Assembly (NCBI GenBank): GCA_963706715.1
Contig: CAVPNI010000003.1
Coordinates: 512,001 to 576,000, forward strand
Origin: an uncultured Verrucomicrobiae bacterium
GTDB taxonomy: Bacteria; Verrucomicrobiota; Verrucomicrobiia; Chthoniobacterales; Xiphinematobacteraceae
Direction of reading: 5' to 3'
Length of the DNA: 64,000 nucleotides
A model generated the notes under the pieces. That model saw only the letters and a program-made list of their open reading frames with translations. It searched no databases and was not told where the DNA came from. A program made the translations under genes and the position numbers. This document shows, piece by piece, positions 52,428 through 63,814 of this stretch; the first letter of the stretch is position 1, and every line of letters starts with the position of its first letter.

Positions 52428-54500
52428 ATCGAGTAGGAACCCTCATCACTGAGGGCTCCTCTCACAGAACCGTACTTGTGCTGTTCACATACGGCTCTTC
52501 GGAAACACGGGTTATGACTCCCATGGTTGGTATTACAACCTCGACTATTCAGAATGCCCATACGTATTGCATTGGCTTCTGAGCGGCCATGCGCGCAGGA
52601 TGTTCCCTATACCGTTGTAGCAATGACTTGAGCCCGCGTGCATCCCAAAGGGAATTCTTCAGTACTCTGTCAACTGCTGTTGTGTGACTCAGCGCCCACC
52701 AGGACTTTCGTCCCGAGTAAATGCTGCGCCACGCGGTTTTGGGATTGATCCCGAGCCCAATCAGTTTACGAACGATGGTTCGTTTGCATTTGTATTGCTT
52801 GAGTTCCATTGCTCGCAGTCGCCTGCGAATGTGGGCGTCAAGTCCTTGCAGCGTCTTCTCGACTTGTTCTGTACAGATGCCAAAGAAGCCTGTCCATCCG
52901 ATCACGTAGGCATTGATTTTGTTGATGCACGATTTTAAGGTGCCTCCCCAATTTCTCGGTGTCAGTTCTCGGATTTTGTTGTTTATGCGTTCTTTTGTTC
53001 GCTTTGACAACCTCACTTCTACGTTGCCCTCTAAGGGTTCACGTCGCAGGCTACAGCCCAGGAAGTGACGCTCTTGTGGCTGTGCCACGGCACTTTTGCT
53101 GAGGTTCACTTTGAGACGCAAGCGCCTTTCTATGAAGTTGCTCACGCTAGCCATGACACGCTGCCCAGCTCGTTCGCTTCTGACGTAGATGTTACCGTCA
53201 TCGGCATAACGTACGAAGCGGTGGCCTCTTGCTTGCAGCTCCCAATCGAGTTCATCAAGCACGATGTTGCTGAGCAATGGGCTGAGGGGACCACCTTGCG
53301 GAACCCCCTCGTCGTTGCTCACCACTACGCCATCTGGCATTACAATTCGCGCTTTGAGCATTTGTCCAATCAGGTGCAGTAGTCTTTTGTCTTTTACTCG
53401 CTGCGCGAGTTTGGACATCAGTCTTTGATGGTTTACTCGGTTGAAGAAGTTCTCCAGGTCGATGTCTACCACCCATTCGCGTCCCTCTTGTATATACTCT
53501 TGTGCTTGTCGTATTGCTGTGTGGCAGCTTCGTTGGGGTCGAAATCCGTGACTGTTAGGGTGGAAGGTCGGCTCGTATTCTGGTTCCAGAACCTGTCGTA
53601 CTGCTTCTTGGACCACCCGGTCTATCACGTTGGGTATGCCTAGACCCCTTTGTCCTCCTCCTGTTTTAGGTATCCACACGCGCCGAATTTCTCCAGGTCG
53701 GTAGTTTCCTTCTATCAGGGCTTGGCTCAATTTCGGTATTAGCTCGTTGAGGTGCTTGCGCACTTGTTCTATGCTTTGCCGATCTGGTCCAGGCGCTCCT
53801 TTGTTGCTCGCTACTGTTTCAAACGCCCCCTTTAATCTTCGTTCTACTTCTTCCATGGTCGCTGTCGTTGCTTTCTCTGGCTTGAGTTTTGGCATTGGCG
53901 GCGCGCACGCTCGAGCCGAGCTTCGGTGCTCCGCCCTTGCGCCGTCGCTGGGAGTTTGCACCCCCTCTTCGGCTGTTCCAAATTTCAGTTCAAGTTGCAT
54001 TGACATTCGTTCGACCGCAACCGCCTTCGCTCCCCCAGTTTGCTTTCGCCGCTGGGTTGGGACTAGCTTTCGCTAGCCTTCTTGCTACTATGCAGTTGTC
54101 TGACTTCTGTTGGGCCTTTGGCCTTTCGTTCTTTCGTCCTACGGGTTTGCGCCAGGCTTTGGCCTGGCGCGGCCCAACAGATCTCTCTGGGTAAGAATTA
54201 ACAAACTTCGTACTCTTGTCGTCGCCACTACACATGCAGTCCCCAACAGATTTTGGATTTCGCCACCGCCGGCTGGCTCGTCCACTGCATGCGCCTTACG
54301 GCGCTTCACTTTCGTTCGACTATCGTACGCACCTATAGCTTCTACCGTACATCCCCTCACGGGCCTTCCAGCGTTTGCTTCCCTCTGGTTGGGCTGTGGT
54401 TCTCCACTGCAATGCACTTGCCTCTTCGGTGTTAGGTTCCCTCTGTCAGGGCCCTAGGTTTGGATTTTCACCTCCTGTTTGTTATTCATGCCAGACACAC
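52428..54500 (-). mobile_element. Group II intron, class IIC-like
   Basis: 5' GTGTGTCTGGCATG at 54500; short domain V GAAGAGCCGTATGTGAACAGCACAAGTACGGTTC; 3' CCTACTCGAT. Confidence 0.88.
52549..54006 (-). CDS. ltrA: Group II intron reverse transcriptase/maturase
   Basis: NKGAPG.D, LGIP, GFRP, GVPQGGPLSPLL, RYADD. Confidence 0.95.
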   Translation of the reverse strand: MSMQLELKFGTAEEGVQTPSDGARAEHRSSARACAPPMPKLKPEKATTATMEEVERRLKGAFETVASNKGAPGPDRQSIEQVRKHLNELIPKLSQALIEGNYRPGEIRRVWIPKTGGGQRGLGIPNVIDRVVQEAVRQVLEPEYEPTFHPNSHGFRPQRSCHTAIRQAQEYIQEGREWVVDIDLENFFNRVNHQRLMSKLAQRVKDKRLLHLIGQMLKARIVMPDGVVVSNDEGVPQGGPLSPLLSNIVLDELDWELQARGHRFVRYADDGNIYVRSERAGQRVMASVSNFIERRLRLKVNLSKSAVAQPQERHFLGCSLRREPLEGNVEVRLSKRTKERINNKIRELTPRNWGGTLKSCINKINAYVIGWTGFFGICTEQVEKTLQGLDAHIRRRLRAMELKQYKCKRTIVRKLIGLGINPKTAWRSIYSGRKSWWALSHTTAVDRVLKNSLWDARGLKSLLQRYREHPARMAAQKPMQYVWAF

Positions 54501-54513
54501 CGGTTATAATTTC

Positions 54514-55983
54514 GAGAGTCTTTACCTAAAGATAGATGCAAATTTTTCCTGAAAAGAAGAAAAGATCTCATGAGTAGTAAGAGCAGCCCAAAGTTTGATG
54601 GAATCGGTGTGCCACGGAGGCGCAAAGAGGGAGAATTCCTCTAAAGCAGCCAAGCTGCATAAGAGATGAGGGAAGGCCCCTCGGAGACGGCGTACAGGCG
54701 CAGACTTCAAACTACCCACTGCTGCTGCCTTTAAGAGAGGTGGTGGTGAACGAGATGGGAAAAGGTTGGGCAAAGACCTGATCAGGTGAGAATCGAAGAG
54801 ACGAACGCAAGTGAACCACTGATGACGTATCGAAACGTGCATAGATGATGTCAAAACTACAGGGCGATTCTACTGTGGGATAAGTGTAGGAGTGAGCTGT
54901 CAACGGCCTACGCGGCATCCGGTATAAAGGTGGCGTGAAGTCGATTCAGGCTCTTGTAGTGGAACGTGGGAACCTGTCATTCCGATGAGAAGGGAGGAGC
55001 GCAAATGGAGACCCCATAAGCGCCAGAGTACCGAAACGGAGTACAGGGACGGAGCAAGCTGTAGTAGTGATGAAAGACTGCAATGGGTCTGGAGCAAAGG
55101 GCTTGCCCCATTGTGCCGAAACTGAAGCGACAACCAAGAGCAGAAACGCTTGCGGGAGGATCGTTGCGGTAATGCTGGAAAGCTCAGAGGCTTCCAAAAA
55201 AAAATGGGAAGAGCCGGATGAGTGGAGACGCTCACGTCCGGTTCTGTGAGCACCTGAGGGGGAAGTTCCCTCGGGTGACTCGACTAAACCATGTTCACTT
55301 TTTTTGAGACGACTTTAGTGCGCCGAGTCATGCGCGCTAAGTGGTGGCGTGTATTGCTATTATCTCGCTCAATAGAAGCCGTTCTGGATTTTCCAATGAA
55401 ATGGCGATCCGGAGGCAGAATTTTGGAGAAGGCATCCCAGTCATCAGTATAAAAAATGCAATTTTTGAGGTGTTTTACTTTATCGTAAAGTTTTTTAAAG
55501 GTTGCAGCATCACGATTACCGATGACCCAGGCAACAGTTCGCCCTGTGCTACGATCCAAGGCCCTGATGATCCACTTTTTGTTTTTTTTGACCCAACGAA
55601 ATGCCACATCTCATCAAATTCCATTTCCTTGATATCACCTGATACTTTTGGGCCCGGCAATGAACTCATTTCTTTTCGAACCCATCGATAAATTAAAGCC
55701 GGAGAATGGCCAAATATCTTTCCTAACATGTTAAAAGAGGCTTTCCCCAAGCTATACAAAACGACACAAAGCGCCTTTTTAGCCACAATTTTAGAATTCG
55801 TACGCTTATCTCGCGGGATAAAATTCAACCCGCATTCTTTGCATTTATAGCGCTGATGTCCCGATACTTTTCCGTTTTTGACTATTCTTTTTCCCTCACA
55901 TTTTTTACACTTCATTGTTTCTTTCAATTTCTTGGAGGGGAATATCTTCTATCTCAAAAATCTATCCTTATGTCAATACTCTC
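54514..55983 (-). mobile_element. IS1 family element (insA 55475-55927; insB interrupted by an intron)
   Basis: C..C...KNG....QRY.CK.C, EFDEMW, YTDDW, IERDN; TIRs GAGAGT.TT.AC.TAA.GATAGAT. Confidence 0.85.
54607..55284 (+). ncRNA. ORF-less group II intron (678 nt)
   Basis: 5' GTGTG; domain V GAAGAGCCGGATGAGTGGAGACGCTCACGTCCGGTTC; domain VI ending CTCGAC; removal restores the insB frame. Confidence 0.85.
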
Positions 55984-56186
55984 GAAACTTCATCTCTTCA
56001 AATAACCAATGTATATTTTGCAATTTTGACCGTCATATCCTAGATTTTCAACATCTCCACCCCATGGAAATTACCTTTCTGGATGCGCTCTCAAGCAAGA
56101 ATTCATCACATGTAATAATGCACAAGGACTTGCAAAACAGTCACCGCCCGCACTGGCGGAACCCAAATTAGAAAGTAAAAGGTAAC

Positions 56187-57170
56187 ATGGCCACAGCTAC
56201 TCAAGTTAAGGCGCTTCTCCAAAGCCACGGCTCCGGCGATGAAGAGCGTTTTTTTGCAATTGCTCTCCAGGTCGCGGCAGCCGAGGCGCGTCGTGGTCAC
56301 AACGTGCTGGCGAACGAAATCCGTAGGCTTGTCGAACAAGCAAAATTGCGTAAAGCGGCAATAAAATCCTCTCCCTCCATATACCATGTCGCACAGCCCC
56401 AAGGGGAGGCAGCGGAATTGCTGGAAGAAGTAGATGCCACGTGGAAAATCTCCGATCTGGTTCTTTCTTCACCGCTGCAAGAGCGAATTCTACGTATTCT
56501 CGATGAGCAAAGACACCTCTCGCGGTTAAAAGAACACGACTTGCGGCCCAGGCAAAAACTTCTCTTCACCGGTCCTCCAGGATGCGGTAAGACAATGACA
56601 GCTTCCGCCTTGGCCGAGGAGTTAGGCCTTCCGCTTTTTGTCGTTCGCCTTGATAGCCTCATTACACGCTATCTGGGCGAATCTCTTTCGAAGCTCAGGC
56701 TTATTTTTGACGCGATAAATCGCTCTCGGGCGGTCTATCTTTTCGACGAATTCGATAGCATCGGATACACGCGAGACTTTACTCAAGATGTAGGAGAAAT
56801 GCGCCGACTGCTTAATAGTTTTCTCATGTTCATTGAAAAGCTGAGTAGTAACAGCCTTGTCATTGCGGCAACCAACTATGGAGAAAGGTTGGATAAAGCT
56901 TTGTATCGGCGCTTCGACGACCTAATAGAATTCGGCCTTCCTAGCGGCGATCAGATTTGGAAAACGATTGATGCTCGACTGGCAGGAGTGAGGCTTACTA
57001 AGCTGGATAAAGCCAAGGTTCTGCCTGCTGCTAACGGTCTGAGCTATGCGGACATTACTCGTGCATGCGAGGAAGCGATTAAAGAAATGCTTTTGGTAGG
57101 GCGCGAAACACTTACAACACAAATGATCTTGAAATCTCTAACTGAACGTAGACTATTTTTGACGCACTAA
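56187..57170 (+). CDS. ietA: AAA+ ATPase, IetA-like
   Basis: GPPGCGKT, FDEFD, AATN, RRFD; N-terminus typical of ATPases paired with S8 peptidases. Confidence 0.8.
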   Translation: MATATQVKALLQSHGSGDEERFFAIALQVAAAEARRGHNVLANEIRRLVEQAKLRKAAIKSSPSIYHVAQPQGEAAELLEEVDATWKISDLVLSSPLQERILRILDEQRHLSRLKEHDLRPRQKLLFTGPPGCGKTMTASALAEELGLPLFVVRLDSLITRYLGESLSKLRLIFDAINRSRAVYLFDEFDSIGYTRDFTQDVGEMRRLLNSFLMFIEKLSSNSLVIAATNYGERLDKALYRRFDDLIEFGLPSGDQIWKTIDARLAGVRLTKLDKAKVLPAANGLSYADITRACEEAIKEMLLVGRETLTTQMILKSLTERRLFLTH

Positions 57171-57177
57171 TTCGTTT

Positions 57178-57933
57178 GTGACTGATTTCACTCTGCCCCT
57201 TTTCCCACTTCCCAAGCCAAAGCTCAAACATCTTTTCATCAAGAAAGAACCTAAGCGATTCGACTATCGAGGAAGTGGGTACTGCAAGTTGAAACTACGG
57301 GAGGTCGAGAGAAGACAGCATAGCCAGATCTTACAAAGACAGCTTCATGAGGTCGAACAGGAATTTGCACTCATCGAGAAATCCATTGCTAATCAGGAGT
57401 TGCCTAAAATCAAAGGATTGACTCTCAAGATTTTGACCGAGCCAGGTTATCCACTCGGCCCAGATCAAATTTACAGTCTAACGACCCGCACCGACTCCCG
57501 GTCTGCCTCTCAAATTACTCTGCTCACCGCGATGCAGATCAAAGACCATTCGGGATTGCCTCTCACGCGAATTGTCCTCCATGTACCTTTTGGTGGACTG
57601 TCGCATTTGGAAAAGAAGGTCAAAGAATTTTCTAAAAAATCGGGAGAAAGATACGCATATCTTTCGAATGTCAGCTTTATCGCTCGTGCTGCACTCGATG
57701 AGCTATGGACTGATCCTTCGCCGCTTCCGAAAGATACCGGGCTACATTGGTGGGAGCTCTGGGTAAGACGCTACCCCGAAGAGACATGGGGTCACTTCTC
57801 CGAGGCGATTGATCGACTCCAAATAGAGACCCGCGGCGATCCGCTGCTCCTGCCCGAGCATCGTGTTATTGTCGCCCATGCCACATATGCGACACTATCG
57901 GAGTCCATTCCTCTCCTGGACACGTTAGTGTAG
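57178..57933 (+). pseudogene. N-terminal fragment of an IetS-like S8 peptidase, truncated by IS630
   Basis: LWTD...WWELW...L.LPEH.V pre-catalytic region; stop codon lies in the IS end. Confidence 0.65.
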
Positions 57934-59079
57934 GTCGTCAAGCAGATTGCATATTATAAGCAGAAGTGGTAAAAGCTGCTAATGAGAGTAGCAGCAAGAA
58001 TTAAACTTACGGAAAAAGAACGCAAGAAATTAGAAGAACTAAGAAGAGGAAGAAAGAATGCGGTGCGTGTACAGGAGAGGGCGGCCATAATATTGCTGGC
58101 AGCCGATGGATATGAAAACCAGGAGATAGCTGAAAAGTTAAAGCAAGACCCTGGGAAAGTTGGCCGCTGGCGGAAACGATATGCACAGCAAGGATTGGCA
58201 GGCATACTCAAGGACAAGACACGTCCGGGTCGCATTCCTCCTATTTCCCCCTCCATAAGGGCGCGTATTATTAAGCTTACAGTGAGCAAAAAGCCTGCTG
58301 GAGCCACACATTGGAGCCGGGAATCCATGGCGCGGGAAGTTAAAGTAAGTCCTTCAAGTATAGGACGCATTTGGGCAGCTAATGGATTGAAGCCACATCG
58401 GGTCAAAACTTTCAAGCTCTCCAAGGACAAACACTTCCAAGACAAACTCAATGATATCATAGGCCTTTATCTTTCCCCACCCGAGCATGCCATCGTATTC
58501 TCATGCGATGAAAAGAGTCAAATCCAAGCCTTAGATCGCACACAGCCAGGCCTTCCACTCAAGAAAGGGCGCTGCCAAACTTTGACCCACGATTATAAAC
58601 GTAATGGGACAACAACCCTCTTTGCTGCGATGAACATAGCTGATGGACGCATAATCGGTACCTGTATGAATAAGCATCGACACCAGGAATGGCTGAAATT
58701 CCTACGACTAATTTCCAAAAGTACTCCTTCAGATCAAAAAATTCATATCATCTGCGACAACTATGCTACCCATAAGCATGAAAAGGTCCAGGCATGGCAG
58801 AGGCGCAACCCACGCTTCCATTTCCATTTTACCCCAACTAGCGCTTCTTGGCTTAATATGGTGGAACGCTTCTTCCGCGACCTCACCGTCAAAAGTCTTC
58901 GCCGGGGAGTCTTTCGCAGTCTCCATGAACTTACTACCGCTATTGAACAACACATTAGTATTCATAATGCAAATCCTAAACCCTTTATTTGGACTGCTAC
59001 AGCTTCTGACATTCTCGAAAAGGTCAAACGCGGTCACAGAAAACTAAATAAAATGCAATCTGCTTGACGGTCTACACTA
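57926..59079 (+). mobile_element. IS630 family element (transposase 57982-59067)
   Basis: TIR TAGTGTAG..CGTCAAGCAGATTGCAT; DEKSQIQAL, DNYATHK, SWLNMVERFF. Confidence 0.93.
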
Positions 59080-60154
59080 GTCATCCGCAAACATGGACTA
59101 AAAATACGAATACCAGAGCCCACTACATTTTTATCCGCCATTAACAGCCAAGCCATGGCAATGAGTGCAGCCACACGGAGCAAACAAGCAAACAAAAAAG
59201 CCCGTAAGAAAGCACTTCGCACCATGAAAAAATATGTCGGACAGTCCGCGAACATGCCCAAAAATATCGGGCGGCCTTAGAAAAAAGATGGGAAGCAACC
59301 GACCTCACCTATAAACAAGCACAAGTGATCCTGCGGCGTATGGACAACATACTCTGCCAACTACCCGCAGCAGTACAACAAGCGCATGAGCGCATCATAA
59401 CAGAAAGACCAGTAGCCAACACCGACAAAATTTTAAGTCTCTATGAAAGCGACCTTCATGTCATCATGCGTGGAAAATCCGGGGCACAAGTTGAATTTGG
59501 AAACACCCTTTTCCTTGCCGAAACTAGCGAGGGATTCATCCTCCATCACCAACTTCAAAAAGAGAATTCATCAGGAGATGCTCAATGGCTGCAGCAAAAT
59601 TATCAAAGACTCAAAACAGCAAGCCAGGGGCGGCTCTGTGCAGTAGTGGCAGACCGGGGCTTTGACAGCGCCCACTCGCGCCAGAAACTTCAAGAAAACG
59701 AAACCTTTAACGGACTATGTCCTCGGGATATAAAACAAATGCGAAAAAGACTCCGGAATGATGAAGTCTTTGTCACCGCACAAAAACGGCGCGCACAAAC
59801 CGAAGGGCGCGTTGCTATTCTAAAAAACTTTTTCCTTAACGGAACCCCACGTGCCAAAGGATTCCACAACCGACAACTCCAAGTTACCTGGGCCGTACTG
59901 GCTCACAATCTTTGGGTTGTTGCTCGCTGCCCTTGGGCAGAAGAAAGCGAAAAACTTCTCGCAGCCTAGCAGATTCTTTTATCCTCTCCTCCTTTCGAAG
60001 CTACGATACGAACCACCTTGCCAAAATATAGCGCTCTCTAATGTAATTTAATCAAATCCCTCTATTATTTCCGCAATGGTTGCCATCCACTATCATTTCC
60101 CATAAATTTTTTCCCCGACTATTTTTGTTTTAGCTGTTTTCCGGACAGACTCTA
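59080..60154 (+). pseudogene. IS5-like/IS4-clan transposase C-terminal remnant with right TIR
   Basis: RGKSGAQVEFG, ADRGF, RAQTEGR; TTCCGGACAGACTCTA at 60139-60154 mirrors 52327-52342. Confidence 0.7.
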
Positions 60155-60297
60155 GTTAGACGGATACTTCGCAATTGCGGTCCCAATTTTTTGCAACAAT
60201 CTGGTTTTACTGCTTGTTTTTGTATCGGAAACATTTTTTCTTAGTAAAGTATCTGACGACGCAGTTGTTGGAGTAAATAGTGCGCTATCCATGATTT

Positions 60298-62670
60298 ATG
60301 GCTGTGTTTGAAGTGGTGCCGAAAAGGTGGACACGGGAGATAAGCGTAGTCAATAACATCAACGAGCCATTAATGAAAGAATTTGTACCAAAACAGTCTG
60401 CGCAAGTTCAAGCGAGTGAAGTGAACTATGAACTTTATACCTTAGGTTGGAGAGCATTTCAAAATCTTTGCTTGACTATAGCAAGCGAAATCTGGGGACA
60501 ATCGATACAGAGCTTTTGTGAGACAAAGGATGGGGGACGGGATGGCGCTTTTTATGGAAAAGTAACGTCGCCAGTTGAAGGAATTTTGGAGGGTTCATTT
60601 ACCATTCAATGCAAATTTACATCTAAACAAGAGAAGTCATTACAGCTCGCTGATATTCGTGACGAATTAGAAAAAGCCCATGGGCTCGGTGCCAGAGGAC
60701 TCGCAACCAACTATTTTCTCTTTACCAATCATAGCCTGACTGGAATCCAAGATGAAAATCTTCGGAGTGCATTCCTTAAACTGCCGGGAGTGAGACAGTT
60801 TGCAGTGTATGGCCGAGAACGAATATCGCAAATAATTCAAGAATCTTCGCGATTGCGGATGCTTGTTCCAAGAATTTATGGTCTAGGAGACTTAAGCCAG
60901 ATTCTCGATGAAAGATCATATGCACAAGCTAAGGAAGTTTTGAGTGCGATGGGGGATGACCTTGCGAAATTTGTCGTTACCAATTCTTACCATAAAAGCG
61001 CCAAAGCACTCATCGATTGTGGATTCGTACTCTTACTTGGCGAACCTGCATGCGGTAAATCGATGGTTGCAGCCGCGCTTGCATTAGGTGCGCTGGATGA
61101 ATGGAGATGCTTCGTTCTGAGGGTTCGCAACGCCGAAGAATTTATAAGACATTACAATCCACACGAACCTAAACAGTTTTTCTGGGTTGATGACGCTTTT
61201 GGAGCCACTCAATTCGATTGGGAGGCGGCTGCGGCTTGGAACGGTGTTTTTCCCACGATGCACGCTGCCATACAAAAGGGAACGAGAATCCTTTTTACCT
61301 CACGCAGCTATATTTATAAATCCGCTCGGAACCATTTAAAGGACTCCACCTTTCTACGGAGCAGAGAATCGCAAGTTGTTATTCATGTAGAAAAGCTCAC
61401 AGAAGGAGAACGACAACAAATTCTCTATAACCACATTCGCTTTGGTGATCAACCTCAGGATTTCAAGAAAAAGATAAAGCCCTTGTTAACGCAGATAGCG
61501 CTGCATCGACAATTTAAACCTGAAATTGCTCGTCGACTGGGAAACCGCCTATTTACCAAGAATCTCACTATTTCTGAGTCTCAGGTTTTCAATTTTTTCG
61601 AAAATCCTGTGGAATTTCTATGTGAGATCCTTCGAACACTTGATTCGTCAAGCCTAGCAGCAGTTTCTTTGGTTTTTATGGCCGGTGGATATCTTTTATC
61701 TCCGATAGATATAAACGATGAGACTAAGAAGACCGTCGAACTGATCGGAGGAACGCTAGCAACTGTTCTCTCAGCGTTAGACATATTAGAAGGAAGTCTT
61801 CTTAAAAACATCCTTATTGAGGGAAACTACTATTGGGGATTCAAACATCCAACTATTCAAGATGCATTTGCCACTTTGGTTTCAGAAAACCGTGAACTCT
61901 TGGATATTTATGTCAAAGGGACGTCTCTTACTAAGCTACTACGGGAAATTTCATGTGGTGTTCATAACATTGATGGGGTAAAAGTTATAGTCCCACTCAG
62001 TCGCTACTCGGTGATTATAGATCGCATACTGGATAACTGGGAGCGCTCTTTAAAAGACCACCATGTGATTTACCGATTTTTAGCCCATCGATGTGACGAA
62101 TCATTTTTGAAGCAGTTTATTACTAAAAAACTAAATTTTGTTGATACATTGTGTGTTAGATCCATGCTCTACGCCACGGCAGAAATATCCGTCATCATCT
62201 GTCTGCAACGATTTGGCTTACTACCGAAGGAGAAATATGAATCCGTCGTTGGAAACATAAAAAGATTAGCCGTCGAAGTTCCCGATTCCTCCTTTTTGCA
62301 AAATGATATTCATCAATTTCTCGGAGACGATAATGTCACGAAAATCTTAGATGCAGTTAAGAAGCATCTGATACCTACGCTCAAAGAAAAAATCCTGGAT
62401 GAGCGTTTCAACTACGAACTGGCCTATGGTGATCCCGAGGACTACTTCGATTATTTAATAAGTGCTTTAAAAGATTATAAGGATAAGTTTGCTAGCGATA
62501 CCGATGTATCTAGTCGAATCGATGAGGCGTTGGAGTTCATTGAAGAAACGATTGAAGAACTCAAAAATGAAAAAGAAGAAGAGCCTGAATCTGACGATTT
62601 CCATGGCGGCTCTTCACACGAAAATTTTCTCATGACGCAAAGATCTGTATTCGATGACGTCGATCATTAG
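60298..62670 (+). CDS. Mrr-like restriction endonuclease domain fused to an nSTAND3-type NTPase
   Basis: FQNLC...DGGRDG...IQCK; GEPACGKS; WVDDAFG; TSR; HPTIQDA; start may be 60373. Confidence 0.75.
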   Translation: MAVFEVVPKRWTREISVVNNINEPLMKEFVPKQSAQVQASEVNYELYTLGWRAFQNLCLTIASEIWGQSIQSFCETKDGGRDGAFYGKVTSPVEGILEGSFTIQCKFTSKQEKSLQLADIRDELEKAHGLGARGLATNYFLFTNHSLTGIQDENLRSAFLKLPGVRQFAVYGRERISQIIQESSRLRMLVPRIYGLGDLSQILDERSYAQAKEVLSAMGDDLAKFVVTNSYHKSAKALIDCGFVLLLGEPACGKSMVAAALALGALDEWRCFVLRVRNAEEFIRHYNPHEPKQFFWVDDAFGATQFDWEAAAAWNGVFPTMHAAIQKGTRILFTSRSYIYKSARNHLKDSTFLRSRESQVVIHVEKLTEGERQQILYNHIRFGDQPQDFKKKIKPLLTQIALHRQFKPEIARRLGNRLFTKNLTISESQVFNFFENPVEFLCEILRTLDSSSLAAVSLVFMAGGYLLSPIDINDETKKTVELIGGTLATVLSALDILEGSLLKNILIEGNYYWGFKHPTIQDAFATLVSENRELLDIYVKGTSLTKLLREISCGVHNIDGVKVIVPLSRYSVIIDRILDNWERSLKDHHVIYRFLAHRCDESFLKQFITKKLNFVDTLCVRSMLYATAEISVIICLQRFGLLPKEKYESVVGNIKRLAVEVPDSSFLQNDIHQFLGDDNVTKILDAVKKHLIPTLKEKILDERFNYELAYGDPEDYFDYLISALKDYKDKFASDTDVSSRIDEALEFIEETIEELKNEKEEEPESDDFHGGSSHENFLMTQRSVFDDVDH

Positions 62671-62734
62671 CCTGTTTGAAGCAGGCAGAACGCTTACACA
62701 CTTCAAACATTGTTGCGTGGAAAAAATGACCGTT

Positions 62735-63412
62735 CTAACACAATTTGGGTCCAAACTTTTGTGTTTGGGAAAGAGAGTGGCGAGGGCGTAGCGATTTGTA
62801 GATATTTTTAACCCAAATTGGAAACCTAGCTTCCTCAATATAAACTTTTGCCACGAGTCCGTTTATCGTCTTAAAAATAGGATACGGTTCGATTTTATCG
62901 GTTGATACCTGAACTTCACGGGAATTATCGACAAAATATGCTCGGTCGACAATTTGAGAAGCCTCTATGGCCAACTTGAGAGAACGTTCATACCGGTTTC
63001 GAACTTTTTCCGCTGGAACAGCATGTCCCCCCTGATCCGCACGCCACGCTATTCTAATCAAATTAATCTCTGGCGTTTCCGTCGCAACATAGATCATGCG
63101 AATAAAGTATCCCGCTTCTTTTGCTCTCCGCAGGTAGCCTATCTTTTCGGGAATCGAGAGAACCGTTTCAAAAAGCAATCCTTGGCGTTTTATTAAACAT
63201 TCTTCGCGAATTTCATCCGCCCGTTGGGCCGCTTTCCGAATTGCAGTAGGGTCATTCCAGTTTCCAAATTCCTTCTGTGCAATGTTGTCTGGATTGACTT
63301 CGACTAGGCCGTTTGTCCAGTTAAACTTTTGGCGAACGATTTCTGTAATTTCGGTTTTTCCAGTGCCATTTGGCCCTGCAACGACCAAAAGAAGCGGTTT
63401 AGTGACCGACAC
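62735..63412 (-). CDS. Zeta-toxin-like P-loop kinase
   Basis: VAGPNGTGKT, VNPD.IA, FETVLS, GGH.VP, DNS. Confidence 0.85.
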   Translation of the reverse strand: MSVTKPLLLVVAGPNGTGKTEITEIVRQKFNWTNGLVEVNPDNIAQKEFGNWNDPTAIRKAAQRADEIREECLIKRQGLLFETVLSIPEKIGYLRRAKEAGYFIRMIYVATETPEINLIRIAWRADQGGHAVPAEKVRNRYERSLKLAIEASQIVDRAYFVDNSREVQVSTDKIEPYPIFKTINGLVAKVYIEEARFPIWVKNIYKSLRPRHSLSQTQKFGPKLC

Positions 63413-63596
63413 GCGAAGAATTTATATGCTTCAACTGGGTTTTTAACATATTCGCCCTAAATTCGGCGTATGTTAGCCCATCACGGTTTCGACGGGTACT
63501 CCGTTCGCGAAGAGCTTTACCAACCCCGTGCAGGATTTCTTGTAACTCTCTTTCTTCTGTTTCCTCAGATTTAATCGTTTGCGACCTGCCTTCCAT
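63399..63596 (-). CDS. Small putative antitoxin
   Basis: Short ORF overlapping the start of the zeta-toxin-like gene. Confidence 0.45.
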   Translation of the reverse strand: MEGRSQTIKSEETEERELQEILHGVGKALRERSTRRNRDGLTYAEFRANMLKTQLKHINSSRVGH

Positions 63597-63814
63597 GGTG
63601 GCATTGTACAATTTTACTCATCTAGAGTCAATTCAACTGTTTCCCATGAGGGTGGGTTCCGATTCTTTTAAAAAGGCCAAGTGGCCGGTGAACAAAAGAA
63701 AAGGCAATTTTTCGTTAGAACCAATGATCTTCCTAATGTACGATCTTCATCAAAAAGTGCACAAAAGAGTGTTACAGTCTTCTGTAGAAATCGATCCTGT
63801 CACATTTCCAAAAT

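Noticed and set aside
54522..54854. 110-aa ORF as an independent gene
   Set aside because: Chimera of antisense intron sequence and the displaced IS1 insB C-terminus
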